From contig DAOUET010000048.1 in the NCBI GenBank assembly GCA_034430155.1, forward strand, positions 8,953 through 72,952: a stretch of DNA of 64,000 nucleotides, in the 5' to 3' direction. Shown piece after piece: positions 19,418-27,306 of this stretch. This stretch comes from Anaerolineales bacterium. Its GTDB lineage: Bacteria > Chloroflexota > Anaerolineae > Anaerolineales > UBA4823. The notes under the pieces are model-generated. The model made no database searches. It was not told where the DNA came from and saw only the letters and a program-made list of their open reading frames with translations. The first letter of the stretch is position 1; each line of letters starts with the position of its first letter. The position numbers and the translations under genes are program-made.

Positions 19418-21196
19418 ATGATTGAAAGGCTTAGTTTAACCGTGACGATCCCAAACCCGAATCTCGCTTTTTCAGCAGCACAAGACTTCCAACGCGCCCG
19501 GAGAAAAGCTGCATTGAAAGAAATCATGGCGCGCCTGACTGGAAAATCGATCGGTCTGCTTTCTTACGAGGATGTCCGCAAGAAACTCAGAGCTCATCCA
19601 AGTGGAACCAGAGTTCTACAAGACATTCCCTTGGATGCGATTGCCGGCAGTGTTGGCCGTTATAACGATTTCACCCGCGATTTCCTGCCATTGAAGGATA
19701 TGAACCAGGATCGTTGGGTAAGGATAAAAAGCGCTATCAGCGATTTGAGAGGTGTTCCCCCGATTGAGGTCTATCAAATCGGCGAGGTATATTTCGTGAT
19801 GGACGGCAATCATCGCGTTTCCGTGGCGCGACAGATGGGGGTGCCCCAAATTCAGGCATATGTGACCGAACTGAAAACCAGAGTGCCGCTCAGCCCAGAG
19901 GTTAAACCAGAAGAATTGATCATCAAAGCCAGGTATGCGGAATTTTTAGAGCACACTCGTTTAGATGAACTTCGTCCAGGGGCGGACCTGAGCGTCACTC
20001 TCCCTGGGAAGTACAGGGTGCTCGAAGAGCATATTCGAACTCATCGTTACTTCATGGGGAATGAACAGAAAAGAGAAATCCCTTATGAACAAGCCGTCAG
20101 CCACTGGTATGACAATGTGTATATGCCTGTAGTCGAGGTCATCAGGGAACGTGGGCTATTGAAGGATTTTCCAGAGCGGACAGAAACCGATTTATATTTG
20201 TGGATCATGGAACACCGCGCTGCTCTTGAAGAAGAAATCGGATGGGAAGTCAAAACCTCAATGGCAGCCAGTGATTTATTAGAACAATATGGTAGTAATC
20301 ACGAGAATCTGGTCACCCGGTTGGGGGGAAAGATCCTGGAGGCGATCGTACCAGATGAGTTAGAACCCGGCCCTCCACCAGGCGAATGGCGCCGGATAAA
20401 ACAAACCGAAGAAACTTCAATTGAAATCGATGGCCAATTATTCAAGGACCTGCTGGTGCCAGTCAGCGGGGAAAAGCACAGCTGGCGAGCTTTAGATCAG
20501 GCATTAATCATTGCCCAACGTGAAAAAGCCCGTCTCTTGGGATTGCACGTGGTAAGCTCTAAAGATGATCTGGACGCGACTTATTTGGAGGCCATCCAGG
20601 AGCAATTCGAACTGCGCTGCCAGCAAGCCGGTGTTCCCGGCAAGCTATCCGTTGCAGCCGGCGCTGTTTCAAACCAGATCTGCCAGCGATCAAGATTTTC
20701 TGACCTAATCGTGGTCAGTTTGGATTATCCACCAGCAGCTCAACCGCTTTCCAGGCTGAGTTCAGGCTTTGGAAGCATCATCCGGCGTTGCCCGCGACCA
20801 ATTATGGCTGTTCCAGGAGAGCCCACTTCTCTCAACAGAGCATTGCTGGCATTCGACGGCAGCCCCAAGGCAGAAGAAGCCCTCTACCTGGCCACCTATC
20901 TGGCGGGAAAGTGGCGCATATCTTTGTCAGTGATAACCGTCTTGGATAACGGTAAAGTGACTCATAAGACCCTAAAGCGAGCTCAGAAATACATTGAAGC
21001 ACACGGAGTGCCTGCGAAATACCTAAAAAGCAAAGGTATTGTGGCGGAAGAGATAATGAAAGCTGCAGAAGCCCAGCAGATTGACTTGCTTATCATGGGG
21101 GGTTATGGAGCGGCTCCGGTCATGGAAGTTGTGCTGGGTAGTTCCGTAGACCAGGTACTGCGAGAATCACGCCGGCCGATATTGATTTGTCGCTAA
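19418..21196 (+). CDS. ParB/Srx-like N-terminal domain, one helical DUF4032-like module, and tandem universal stress protein (USP) domains
   Basis: PPIEVYQIGEVYFVMDGNHRVSVARQMG (DGNHR at 19802-19816). LPGKYRVLEEHIRTHRYFMGNEQ...PYEQAVSHWYDNVYMPVV...TETDLYLWIMEH. USP-like LLVPVSGEKHS... and LLIMGGYGAAPVMEVVLGSSVDQVLRESRRPILIC. Confidence 0.75.
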   Translation: MIERLSLTVTIPNPNLAFSAAQDFQRARRKAALKEIMARLTGKSIGLLSYEDVRKKLRAHPSGTRVLQDIPLDAIAGSVGRYNDFTRDFLPLKDMNQDRWVRIKSAISDLRGVPPIEVYQIGEVYFVMDGNHRVSVARQMGVPQIQAYVTELKTRVPLSPEVKPEELIIKARYAEFLEHTRLDELRPGADLSVTLPGKYRVLEEHIRTHRYFMGNEQKREIPYEQAVSHWYDNVYMPVVEVIRERGLLKDFPERTETDLYLWIMEHRAALEEEIGWEVKTSMAASDLLEQYGSNHENLVTRLGGKILEAIVPDELEPGPPPGEWRRIKQTEETSIEIDGQLFKDLLVPVSGEKHSWRALDQALIIAQREKARLLGLHVVSSKDDLDATYLEAIQEQFELRCQQAGVPGKLSVAAGAVSNQICQRSRFSDLIVVSLDYPPAAQPLSRLSSGFGSIIRRCPRPIMAVPGEPTSLNRALLAFDGSPKAEEALYLATYLAGKWRISLSVITVLDNGKVTHKTLKRAQKYIEAHGVPAKYLKSKGIVAEEIMKAAEAQQIDLLIMGGYGAAPVMEVVLGSSVDQVLRESRRPILICR

Positions 21197-21217
21197 CCCG
21201 ATTTAAGAGATCTCCCT

Positions 21218-22549
21218 TTATTCCTTCTTTTTGCCCTTCTTTTTCAAGACTTCTACCGCCTTTTTCACCGGATCCGGTGAAAAATCCTGCTTAAAGTGCT
21301 CGGCAGCCTGCTCAATGGGCACCTGAGCTCCAAAGATTTCTCGCAGTTCCTCCAGGTGTTCAATAATCCATAGATACAGGTCGCTCTCCGTCCTACCTGG
21401 AAATTCCTCGATTATGTCTTGGTCCCGAATGAGCCTTACCAGAGGAGAGTAAACATGGTCATACCAAGATGTAACTGCCTCCTGGTAGGGGACTTCAGTC
21501 TGCCTTTGTTCACCCAAGTACCAGCGATGGACGCTGATGTGCTCAAGGAGACGTTGGTAGAAACCCGGCATGGTCAGCTCAACATGCGCTTCTGGGCGGA
21601 GATCAATAAGACCGGTGCGTTTAAGGAAGTCGGTTTTTTCCTGCTCGAGGATCAGATAATCAACCCAAACAGCACGTTTTAACAGGTTGATCAATTTAGC
21701 TACTGGCCATTCCGCAAAATCTTCGATGAAATTCTTGGCAGCGTCATTAAAAGTGAAGTCTTCTTTATAGGCCTCCCTTAGGTACCACAAGTATTCGATT
21801 ATCCACAAATACAGGTCAGCGCAGGTTCTATTTGGAAATTGCTCAGGAAGACCTTGTTGCTTGATCTGTTGGACAACAGGTATATACACATTGTCGTACC
21901 ACGAGGCAACCGCCTCTTCATATGGAACTTCAGCCCGGCGCTGTTCTCCAAGATACCAGCGGTGTACGTTGATGTGTTCAAGAAGCCTGTCATATTCACC
22001 TGGCAGGGTGAGCTCAATTTGTGCTGAAGGGCGGATTTTTGGCAGGTTTGTCATTTCGATGAAGATAGCGTATTCGCGCTTTAAATCGAGATCGCCGATT
22101 TGGGTATCAACCGTCAGCGGCACCAGAATATCGATTTCGGTTACATGGGCATCCACAAATTCTTGGCCGCGCTCACGCGCTACCGAAACACGGTGGTTAC
22201 CGTCTTTAACAAAATAAACTTCCCCCATCTTATACAGCTCCACCGGCGGCAGAATAATATCCCGATGATGGGCTTTGTCGATGCTCACCCAGCGATCCTT
22301 GGTGTGTAGCTGGCGGGGAAGAAAAGCGCGGTCGAAATCGCGATAGCGCCCCAAGCTCCCAACAATCTGGTCAATTCGCACTTGCCTCAATCCGAGATCA
22401 TGCTGCCCTCGCAAAGGCAATCGATCCCGTACCTCATTAAAAGGCAACAATTCATTGTTTTTACCCGTCATCCAGGCCACAACTGTGCGCCAAATCGCTT
22501 TAAAGATAGCGCGTTCATAGTCCTGATTTGCTAAATTATCATTTGTCAT
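21218..22549 (-). CDS. ParB/Srx-like N-terminal domain plus two copies of the DUF4032-like helical module
   Basis: PPVELYKMGEVYFVKDGNHRVSVARERG. Two repeats of LPGxYxRLLEHIxVHRWYLGEQRxxEVPYxEAVxSWYDxVYxP...DLYLWIIE(Y/H). Lys-rich tail. Confidence 0.75.
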   Translation of the reverse strand: MTNDNLANQDYERAIFKAIWRTVVAWMTGKNNELLPFNEVRDRLPLRGQHDLGLRQVRIDQIVGSLGRYRDFDRAFLPRQLHTKDRWVSIDKAHHRDIILPPVELYKMGEVYFVKDGNHRVSVARERGQEFVDAHVTEIDILVPLTVDTQIGDLDLKREYAIFIEMTNLPKIRPSAQIELTLPGEYDRLLEHINVHRWYLGEQRRAEVPYEEAVASWYDNVYIPVVQQIKQQGLPEQFPNRTCADLYLWIIEYLWYLREAYKEDFTFNDAAKNFIEDFAEWPVAKLINLLKRAVWVDYLILEQEKTDFLKRTGLIDLRPEAHVELTMPGFYQRLLEHISVHRWYLGEQRQTEVPYQEAVTSWYDHVYSPLVRLIRDQDIIEEFPGRTESDLYLWIIEHLEELREIFGAQVPIEQAAEHFKQDFSPDPVKKAVEVLKKKGKKKE

Positions 22550-22588
22550 ACCAATGTAATCCTAACCCTTCGATCCTGAAGAGGTTTT

Positions 22589-23341
22589 TTATTTTAAGAT
22601 GAAATCCTTTTTCTTCCCTTTCCCTTCAATTGAACCGGTCTTGAAGAGCCATTCCTGCTCCGATCTTTTACCCCGATTTAACATACCAAGTGGCGCCCAT
22701 TCGCCTGAGGAAGGAAAGACACTCGTTTCCGCATATCCATAGGAATTGATCACGGTCGTGGTTTGAAATCGTGTTTTGGTTTCAGTATCCGGTCTATACA
22801 CGTGAATGTGACCGTGAAAGTGGTAGGAGGGTTTGAAGACCTTGAGCAACCATAAGAAGGCATCGATGCCCTGATGGGGCAAATCGGTTTTATCATGGAT
22901 TCCTTTTGGGGGTGCATGGCTGATAAAAATGTCCAGGTAACGCCCATAGACCGCTCGATTAATCAGCAGTTGAGGCACCAGGGTCAGGACGTTGAGCCAC
23001 ATATCCGCTTGGGAATATTGAAACGGTCCTTGGCTATAACGCAAACTGCCCTCGACTCCTGCCAGCAGCAGTCCCCGGTGTGAGACCACCTTGCGGTGTA
23101 AATCAACAGCTCCTCTCGGGCTGGTGCGGGGACCAGTCACGGTATGCTCCACCACGCTGGCGTGATTTCCGCGCACAAAGTAGAGAGGGACATTAAGGGT
23201 ACTGATAATATATTCAAGATAATAATAAGGCAAATCTCCACAGCCGATCACCAGATCAACATCGTTAAAGCGCGCATGAATCTGCGGGCTATAAATGAAA
23301 TTTAGGAGGGTATCACTGAGCGATAGAACTTTAATGGACAT
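22589..23341 (-). CDS. Calcineurin-like metallophosphoesterase
   Basis: Motifs VIGCGDLPYYY, VRGNHAS, FISHAPPKG and FHGHIHVY. 39 nt upstream of, and co-oriented with, 21218-22549. Confidence 0.85.
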   Translation of the reverse strand: MSIKVLSLSDTLLNFIYSPQIHARFNDVDLVIGCGDLPYYYLEYIISTLNVPLYFVRGNHASVVEHTVTGPRTSPRGAVDLHRKVVSHRGLLLAGVEGSLRYSQGPFQYSQADMWLNVLTLVPQLLINRAVYGRYLDIFISHAPPKGIHDKTDLPHQGIDAFLWLLKVFKPSYHFHGHIHVYRPDTETKTRFQTTTVINSYGYAETSVFPSSGEWAPLGMLNRGKRSEQEWLFKTGSIEGKGKKKDFILK

Positions 23342-23389
23342 AAGATATAACTTCGCAATCGTCGGTTAACACAGATAATACGGAACCAG

Positions 23390-23418
23390 CTTATACCCTC
23401 TTTGACTTTACCTGTCAA
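23390..23418 (-). promoter_or_regulatory. Sigma-70-like promoter for the metallophosphoesterase / ParB-like operon
   Basis: On the minus strand: TTGACA (23418-23413), 17-nt spacer, TATAAG (23395-23390). About 50 nt upstream of ATG 23341. Confidence 0.45.
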
Positions 23419-23765
23419 CAACTACAGGGCCCACGACATGAGACCTGGTTACAATTAGATGGATTTGGGTGCATGGGTGTGTTCTTAGTTCCCGCTAGAA
23501 CCTCCAGAGGTGACCTTGATCACAGGATTTCAAAAAGTCCAGATATCCCATATCTTCTCTCAAAAGGCCTTTTTGACAAGCCTAATTGGCTAAATTTTCA
23601 CCGCAGACCGCTATTGATGCTGGTCAAGGTGGGGGCGCTACCTTGAAACAAGACATGATTTCGCCAGTTTCTTCACTTTCACGACTCGCTGTTGATAGAA
23701 CCAAGCAACGCTATCTCAGGCAGCTACCAGGCAGAATCTATCATCCCCCAGGGTGTCACCTTCCC

Positions 23766-23972
23766 TTATCGCCGTACTTCTCCCTCAATTTCCATATGCA
23801 AACTTTCCTGCGGAGGCGAATCCCCGTAATCGGTCAAATCCTCAAGCGCCAATCTCAGGTGCAGCGGATGGTGACCGGGGAAGCGCTCGATATGAGCTGT
23901 AATCACCTCGTCGGCTAAAATGCCAAAGTTCTTTAGCAACTTGCGGATATCATTTCGAATGGTATCATCCAT
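23766..23972 (-). CDS. Small hypothetical protein (68 aa)
   Basis: Composition looks like a real protein (MDDTIRNDIRKLLKNFGILADEVITAHIERF...LEDLTDYGD). Preferred over the overlapping plus-strand ORF. No family recognised. Confidence 0.45.
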   Translation of the reverse strand: MDDTIRNDIRKLLKNFGILADEVITAHIERFPGHHPLHLRLALEDLTDYGDSPPQESLHMEIEGEVRR

Positions 23973-24008
23973 GATCGAATCCTCCGGACGAAATCAGATG
24001 GTTAAAAG

Positions 24009-25001
24009 ATGATGAACTATTTTCAAGATCAAAAACTTATTGACAAAGATAGCTCTTTATTGCCCCTATTGGAAGATGTCGATTTTGAACCCATTTTTAT
24101 TCTGGGAGATCATCGATCAGGGACAACTATATTGTATCAACTACTCACCTCTACCCAGTTCTTTAACTACACCAGTTTTTACAATATCACGAGATACGAG
24201 CAGATGCTCTATAATCGCGTCATTGGGGCGACCGAGGATGCTAAAGAAGAATTAGGACAATTGCTGATATCGTTAGGCGTGGAGGACCGTACTTTCGATA
24301 GGATAAAAGTCTATCCAGATCTTCCCGAAGAGTATGGATACATCCTGTGGCGGAACGCTCCATTCTGGTATCTTCCCCGCCTCAATAGAAGGAATTTGCC
24401 TAATCTTATCAACCTCAGCAAGAAAGTCCAGTTTACCCAGAGTCCAGCAAGACCCATGTTGCTTAAAGGTCCCTGGGATTTTCCTAACTTCAGGTTTGCC
24501 AAAGGCGCGATACCATCCGCTCGCTTTATTTTCATCCACCGGCAACCCCTGCGGGTCATTAATTCCAAACTCAAAGGCATGCGATCCGCCCTTGCCAAAA
24601 AGAACCCTTACACTGCGCTTCTGGCCCCCGGCTATGCGCGGCTATTTCGAAGACCTTTACAACTCTTTCTGGCCAGAATCTTGTTTTCCTCCCGTTTCGG
24701 TATCGGTCTACATTTGCTCACTCAACATAGCCTGCAGGCAATCAAATATTTCCTTGAGTACATCGGCTCTCTTTCCTATGAAGAACATATTTCCATAAGG
24801 TATGAAGATTTATGCCATGACCCGGAGATGACCATCAACAGGATACTTAAACACTTCGGATTACATGTAAAAAAGAATTTAGCTTACGACGCGTTGATCA
24901 GACCGCGCTCCCCCAACTTTTTGCCAGAAATTAAACAAAATTACAAACAGATACAAAAGCGGCTGGAACCCGTGCTCTCTCGTTACGGCTACAGCATGTA
25001 A
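24009..25001 (+). CDS. Sulfotransferase-family protein
   Basis: ILGDHRSGTTILYQLL resembles the 5'-PSB PAPS-binding loop. A later FIFIHRQPLRVINS segment resembles the 3'-PB region. Confidence 0.7.
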   Translation: MMNYFQDQKLIDKDSSLLPLLEDVDFEPIFILGDHRSGTTILYQLLTSTQFFNYTSFYNITRYEQMLYNRVIGATEDAKEELGQLLISLGVEDRTFDRIKVYPDLPEEYGYILWRNAPFWYLPRLNRRNLPNLINLSKKVQFTQSPARPMLLKGPWDFPNFRFAKGAIPSARFIFIHRQPLRVINSKLKGMRSALAKKNPYTALLAPGYARLFRRPLQLFLARILFSSRFGIGLHLLTQHSLQAIKYFLEYIGSLSYEEHISIRYEDLCHDPEMTINRILKHFGLHVKKNLAYDALIRPRSPNFLPEIKQNYKQIQKRLEPVLSRYGYSM

Positions 25002-25043
25002 GGTCGCCTTTACCCCAAGTTCCATAAGGATCAAGCCCAGTCG

Positions 25044-25074
25044 ATAAAAGCTGCACCAATGGAGCAGCTTTTAT
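25044..25074. terminator. Bidirectional hairpin terminator between the sulfotransferase and PPTase genes
   Basis: ATAAAAGCTGC (25044-25054), loop ACCAATGGA, GCAGCTTTTAT (25064-25074). A/T runs on both flanks. Confidence 0.6.
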
Positions 25075-25107
25075 TGCGGTATTGTTAAAAACCCCTAGAA
25101 CAAATCC

Positions 25108-25860
25108 CTATGCTTCAGCCCATTGCCAACAGTGCAAGGACAGATGACGGTCATTAATCGCCAGGGCTGCGACATAACCCGGCTCAGGATCCAAATGGAA
25201 TAAAGACCACTTCTTGGCTTCGGCCATATCTCCCTGGATCGCGAAAATTGCAGCCGGTTCTTGTTGGTTTAGGGTAACGTCAAATTGGTCCAGTGGGAGT
25301 GAAAGCCCCTGACCTCTCGCTTTGATAAAAGCCTCTTTGCGCGTCCAGCATGTAAAAAATGCACGTTCCCGCAGGCCATCTGGGACGGATTGCAGATCGG
25401 CGACTTCCCGTTTCGAAAAGAAACGCCTGGCGAGCTTTTCTCCTGCAACATTGGGACGGATCCTCTCCACATCTACTCCCACCAGGCGATCCCAGGTCAC
25501 CGCGATTAAGCCCAATTCATGGGAATGAGATAAATTGAAAGTCAAAGCCTCTTGACCATAACCAGAGACCAGTTCAGGTTTCCCATAGGAATTGTATTTA
25601 AAACGCAACTGGGACGGTGCCACGCCCAAATAACGAGCGAGGATATCCCTGAGGCAACCACGAGCCGCGATATAGCGCCTGCGGCCCTTTTGGAATTTGA
25701 AATTATCCGACCGTTCTAATTCATCTTTGGATAAACTGCGACGCAATCTCTCAATGCTTAAAGATCCCATTCCCAAGGATATCCGCCAGAGATGGATTTC
25801 ATCTTGTGCCAATTTTAGCCCTGTGGTGGGTGTTTTCCAATCAATCCCGGACGAGTCCAT
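25108..25860 (-). CDS. 4'-phosphopantetheinyl transferase, Sfp type
   Basis: GKPEL, FNLSHSHELGLIAV, VGVDVERIRP and WTRKEAFIKARGQGLS motifs. Confidence 0.9.
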   Translation of the reverse strand: MDSSGIDWKTPTTGLKLAQDEIHLWRISLGMGSLSIERLRRSLSKDELERSDNFKFQKGRRRYIAARGCLRDILARYLGVAPSQLRFKYNSYGKPELVSGYGQEALTFNLSHSHELGLIAVTWDRLVGVDVERIRPNVAGEKLARRFFSKREVADLQSVPDGLRERAFFTCWTRKEAFIKARGQGLSLPLDQFDVTLNQQEPAAIFAIQGDMAEAKKWSLFHLDPEPGYVAALAINDRHLSLHCWQWAEA

Positions 25861-25917
25861 AATTCTATTACATAAATTTGTGGTTTAAATTCCCCTGTAA
25901 GCGAATCAACAGACCTC

Positions 25918-26222
25918 TTAATTGAATGAGGGAGTGAAAAATTCCGAGATCCCAACTAGCGTGTCCCCGCCACACAACATTTTCAGGTTCCCAGGGGGGT
26001 GCCAGCCAGGGTCAAGCAGCATACCATCGCTGGCGGTCTCCTGGCTAGCTATCACTACTTTCGCTCCCAGGGTAAGTGGAAGGTAGAGCTTAAGTCCGGT
26101 GATATCAAAGGAAAGGGTCGTAACTGTTACCAGTATATCATTACCATGCATCCCTGATTCTTCCTGCATGGCATGCAAAATGTTGACAACCGCTGGCCTG
26201 CACCCGGTTTTTGTACCACTTT
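25918..26222 (-). pseudogene. Remnant of an NRPS/hybrid-PKS adenylation domain (A3-A5 region, with internal deletions)
   Basis: ESGTKTGCRPAVVNILHAMQEESGMHGNDILVTVTTLSFDITGLKLYLPLTLGAKVVIASQETASDG...GW..GNLKMLCGGDTL matches the SGSTGxPKG...VVN...TTLSFDISxLELxLPLxxGAxVV...LxCGGEAL pattern. Only about 100 aa remain, with gaps, and it is bounded by the IS fragment. Confidence 0.65.
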
Positions 26223-26830
26223 CTATATTAGTCCAGCCCGCTGAAATTGGGAAGGTTGCGACACGGTCGCAGCGGGTACTTGTGGACGATAGCCCAGTGC
26301 GCTCTGCGGCTTGACGGTGTTGTACTGCTGCCTCCACCTCTCGATCATAACCTGCGCCTCCTTCAGCGAACAGAAGATCTCTATTGCCAACAACTCGTTT
26401 CGCATCAATCCATTTAATGACTCAATGTAACCATTCTCCCAGGGGCTGACCGGTTCGATGAAGAGTACCTTGACGTCCAATCTCTTCAACCAAGCTCGCA
26501 CTCGTTTGGCGGTGAACTCCGAACCGTTGTCCGAACGTAGATGGGCGAGTACCCCCCGCGCACAGAACAGCTCAGTCAGCACTTCCAGTATATCCTGAGG
26601 TTTCAGGCTACGCACGACCCGCACGGCCAGACACTCACGAGTGTACTCGTCAATGACATACAGGATGCGAAATTTGGCGCCATTATCCGTGTGATCTTCC
26701 ATGAAATCATAACTCCAGACATGCTTGGGAAATTCAGGTCTCAAACGCACGATTGAGTCGTCATTGAGCCATAATCGTCCAAGTTTGGGCTGCGTTGCAG
26801 GCATGCTGAGACGTAAATGGGATGTAAGCT
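26223..26830 (-). mobile_element. IS3-family-like DDE (rve) transposase fragment (OrfB core only)
   Basis: KLGRLWLNDDSIVRLRPE..HVWSYDFMEDHT..GAKFRILYVIDEYTRECLAV...LRSDNGSEFTA...PWENGYIESLNG...YNTVKPQSALGYR. The N-terminal HTH/OrfA part is missing, with an in-frame stop about 45 nt upstream of the ATG. No terminal inverted repeats recognised. Confidence 0.75.
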
Positions 26831-27128
26831 GTTGGTTGGAATCCGATGCTCAACTCGTTAAGGTTACTGGCGCGCATAAAATATCCCGGATGTAACATGT
26901 AGCTTTAGGGAGCGAGGGGGGATCGCACAAATGATTTTCGACTACGGGGGGAGAAATCGCCGATATGCTACGCAGACATCCCGAAGTAATTGAGCAAGAC
27001 TGAGTTGAGGTAAATTGACAAAAGTGGGGGAATCCCAATAATCCCGGCCGGTGAATATCCATCCCAGATCGTGAGGTTAATATGCCGATAAATCACGGTG
27101 ATGCTTGATTCACCAAAAACGGTCTCAC

Positions 27129-27157
27129 TTGACAACGCACTTTTACTGTGCTATTCT
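27129..27157 (+). promoter_or_regulatory. Sigma-70-like promoter upstream of the S41 peptidase gene
   Basis: TTGACA (27129-27134), 17-nt spacer ending in TGC, TATTCT (27152-27157). A second TGCTACAAT box lies at 27249-27257. Confidence 0.5.
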
Positions 27158-27306
27158 CACGCCCATCCCTGAATAGCCGGAACCGATGGTTATCTCAAAG
27201 TTTTTCCTTTTCCCATTCATACCTCCTAACAAACTTCTCTCCCATTAATGCTACAATCATTATCTATATTTTTGCACTAAATTTATCAGCCTCACCCTAA
27301 AAAATT

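Noticed and set aside
21197-21217. Possible terminator between the two convergent ParB-like genes
   Set aside because: There are only 21 nt, containing a short GAGATCTC palindrome. That is too short and weak to call a terminator.
23586-23918. 110-aa plus-strand ORF in the 23.3-24.0 kb spacer
   Set aside because: It overlaps the more protein-like 68-aa minus-strand ORF. It has no RBS or promoter context and no recognisable motif.
26850-27062. 70-aa minus-strand ORF upstream of the transposase fragment, a possible IS OrfA
   Set aside because: The translation is Cys/Ser/Pro-rich and shows no HTH or leucine-zipper features of IS3 OrfA proteins. An in-frame stop separates it from the OrfB fragment.
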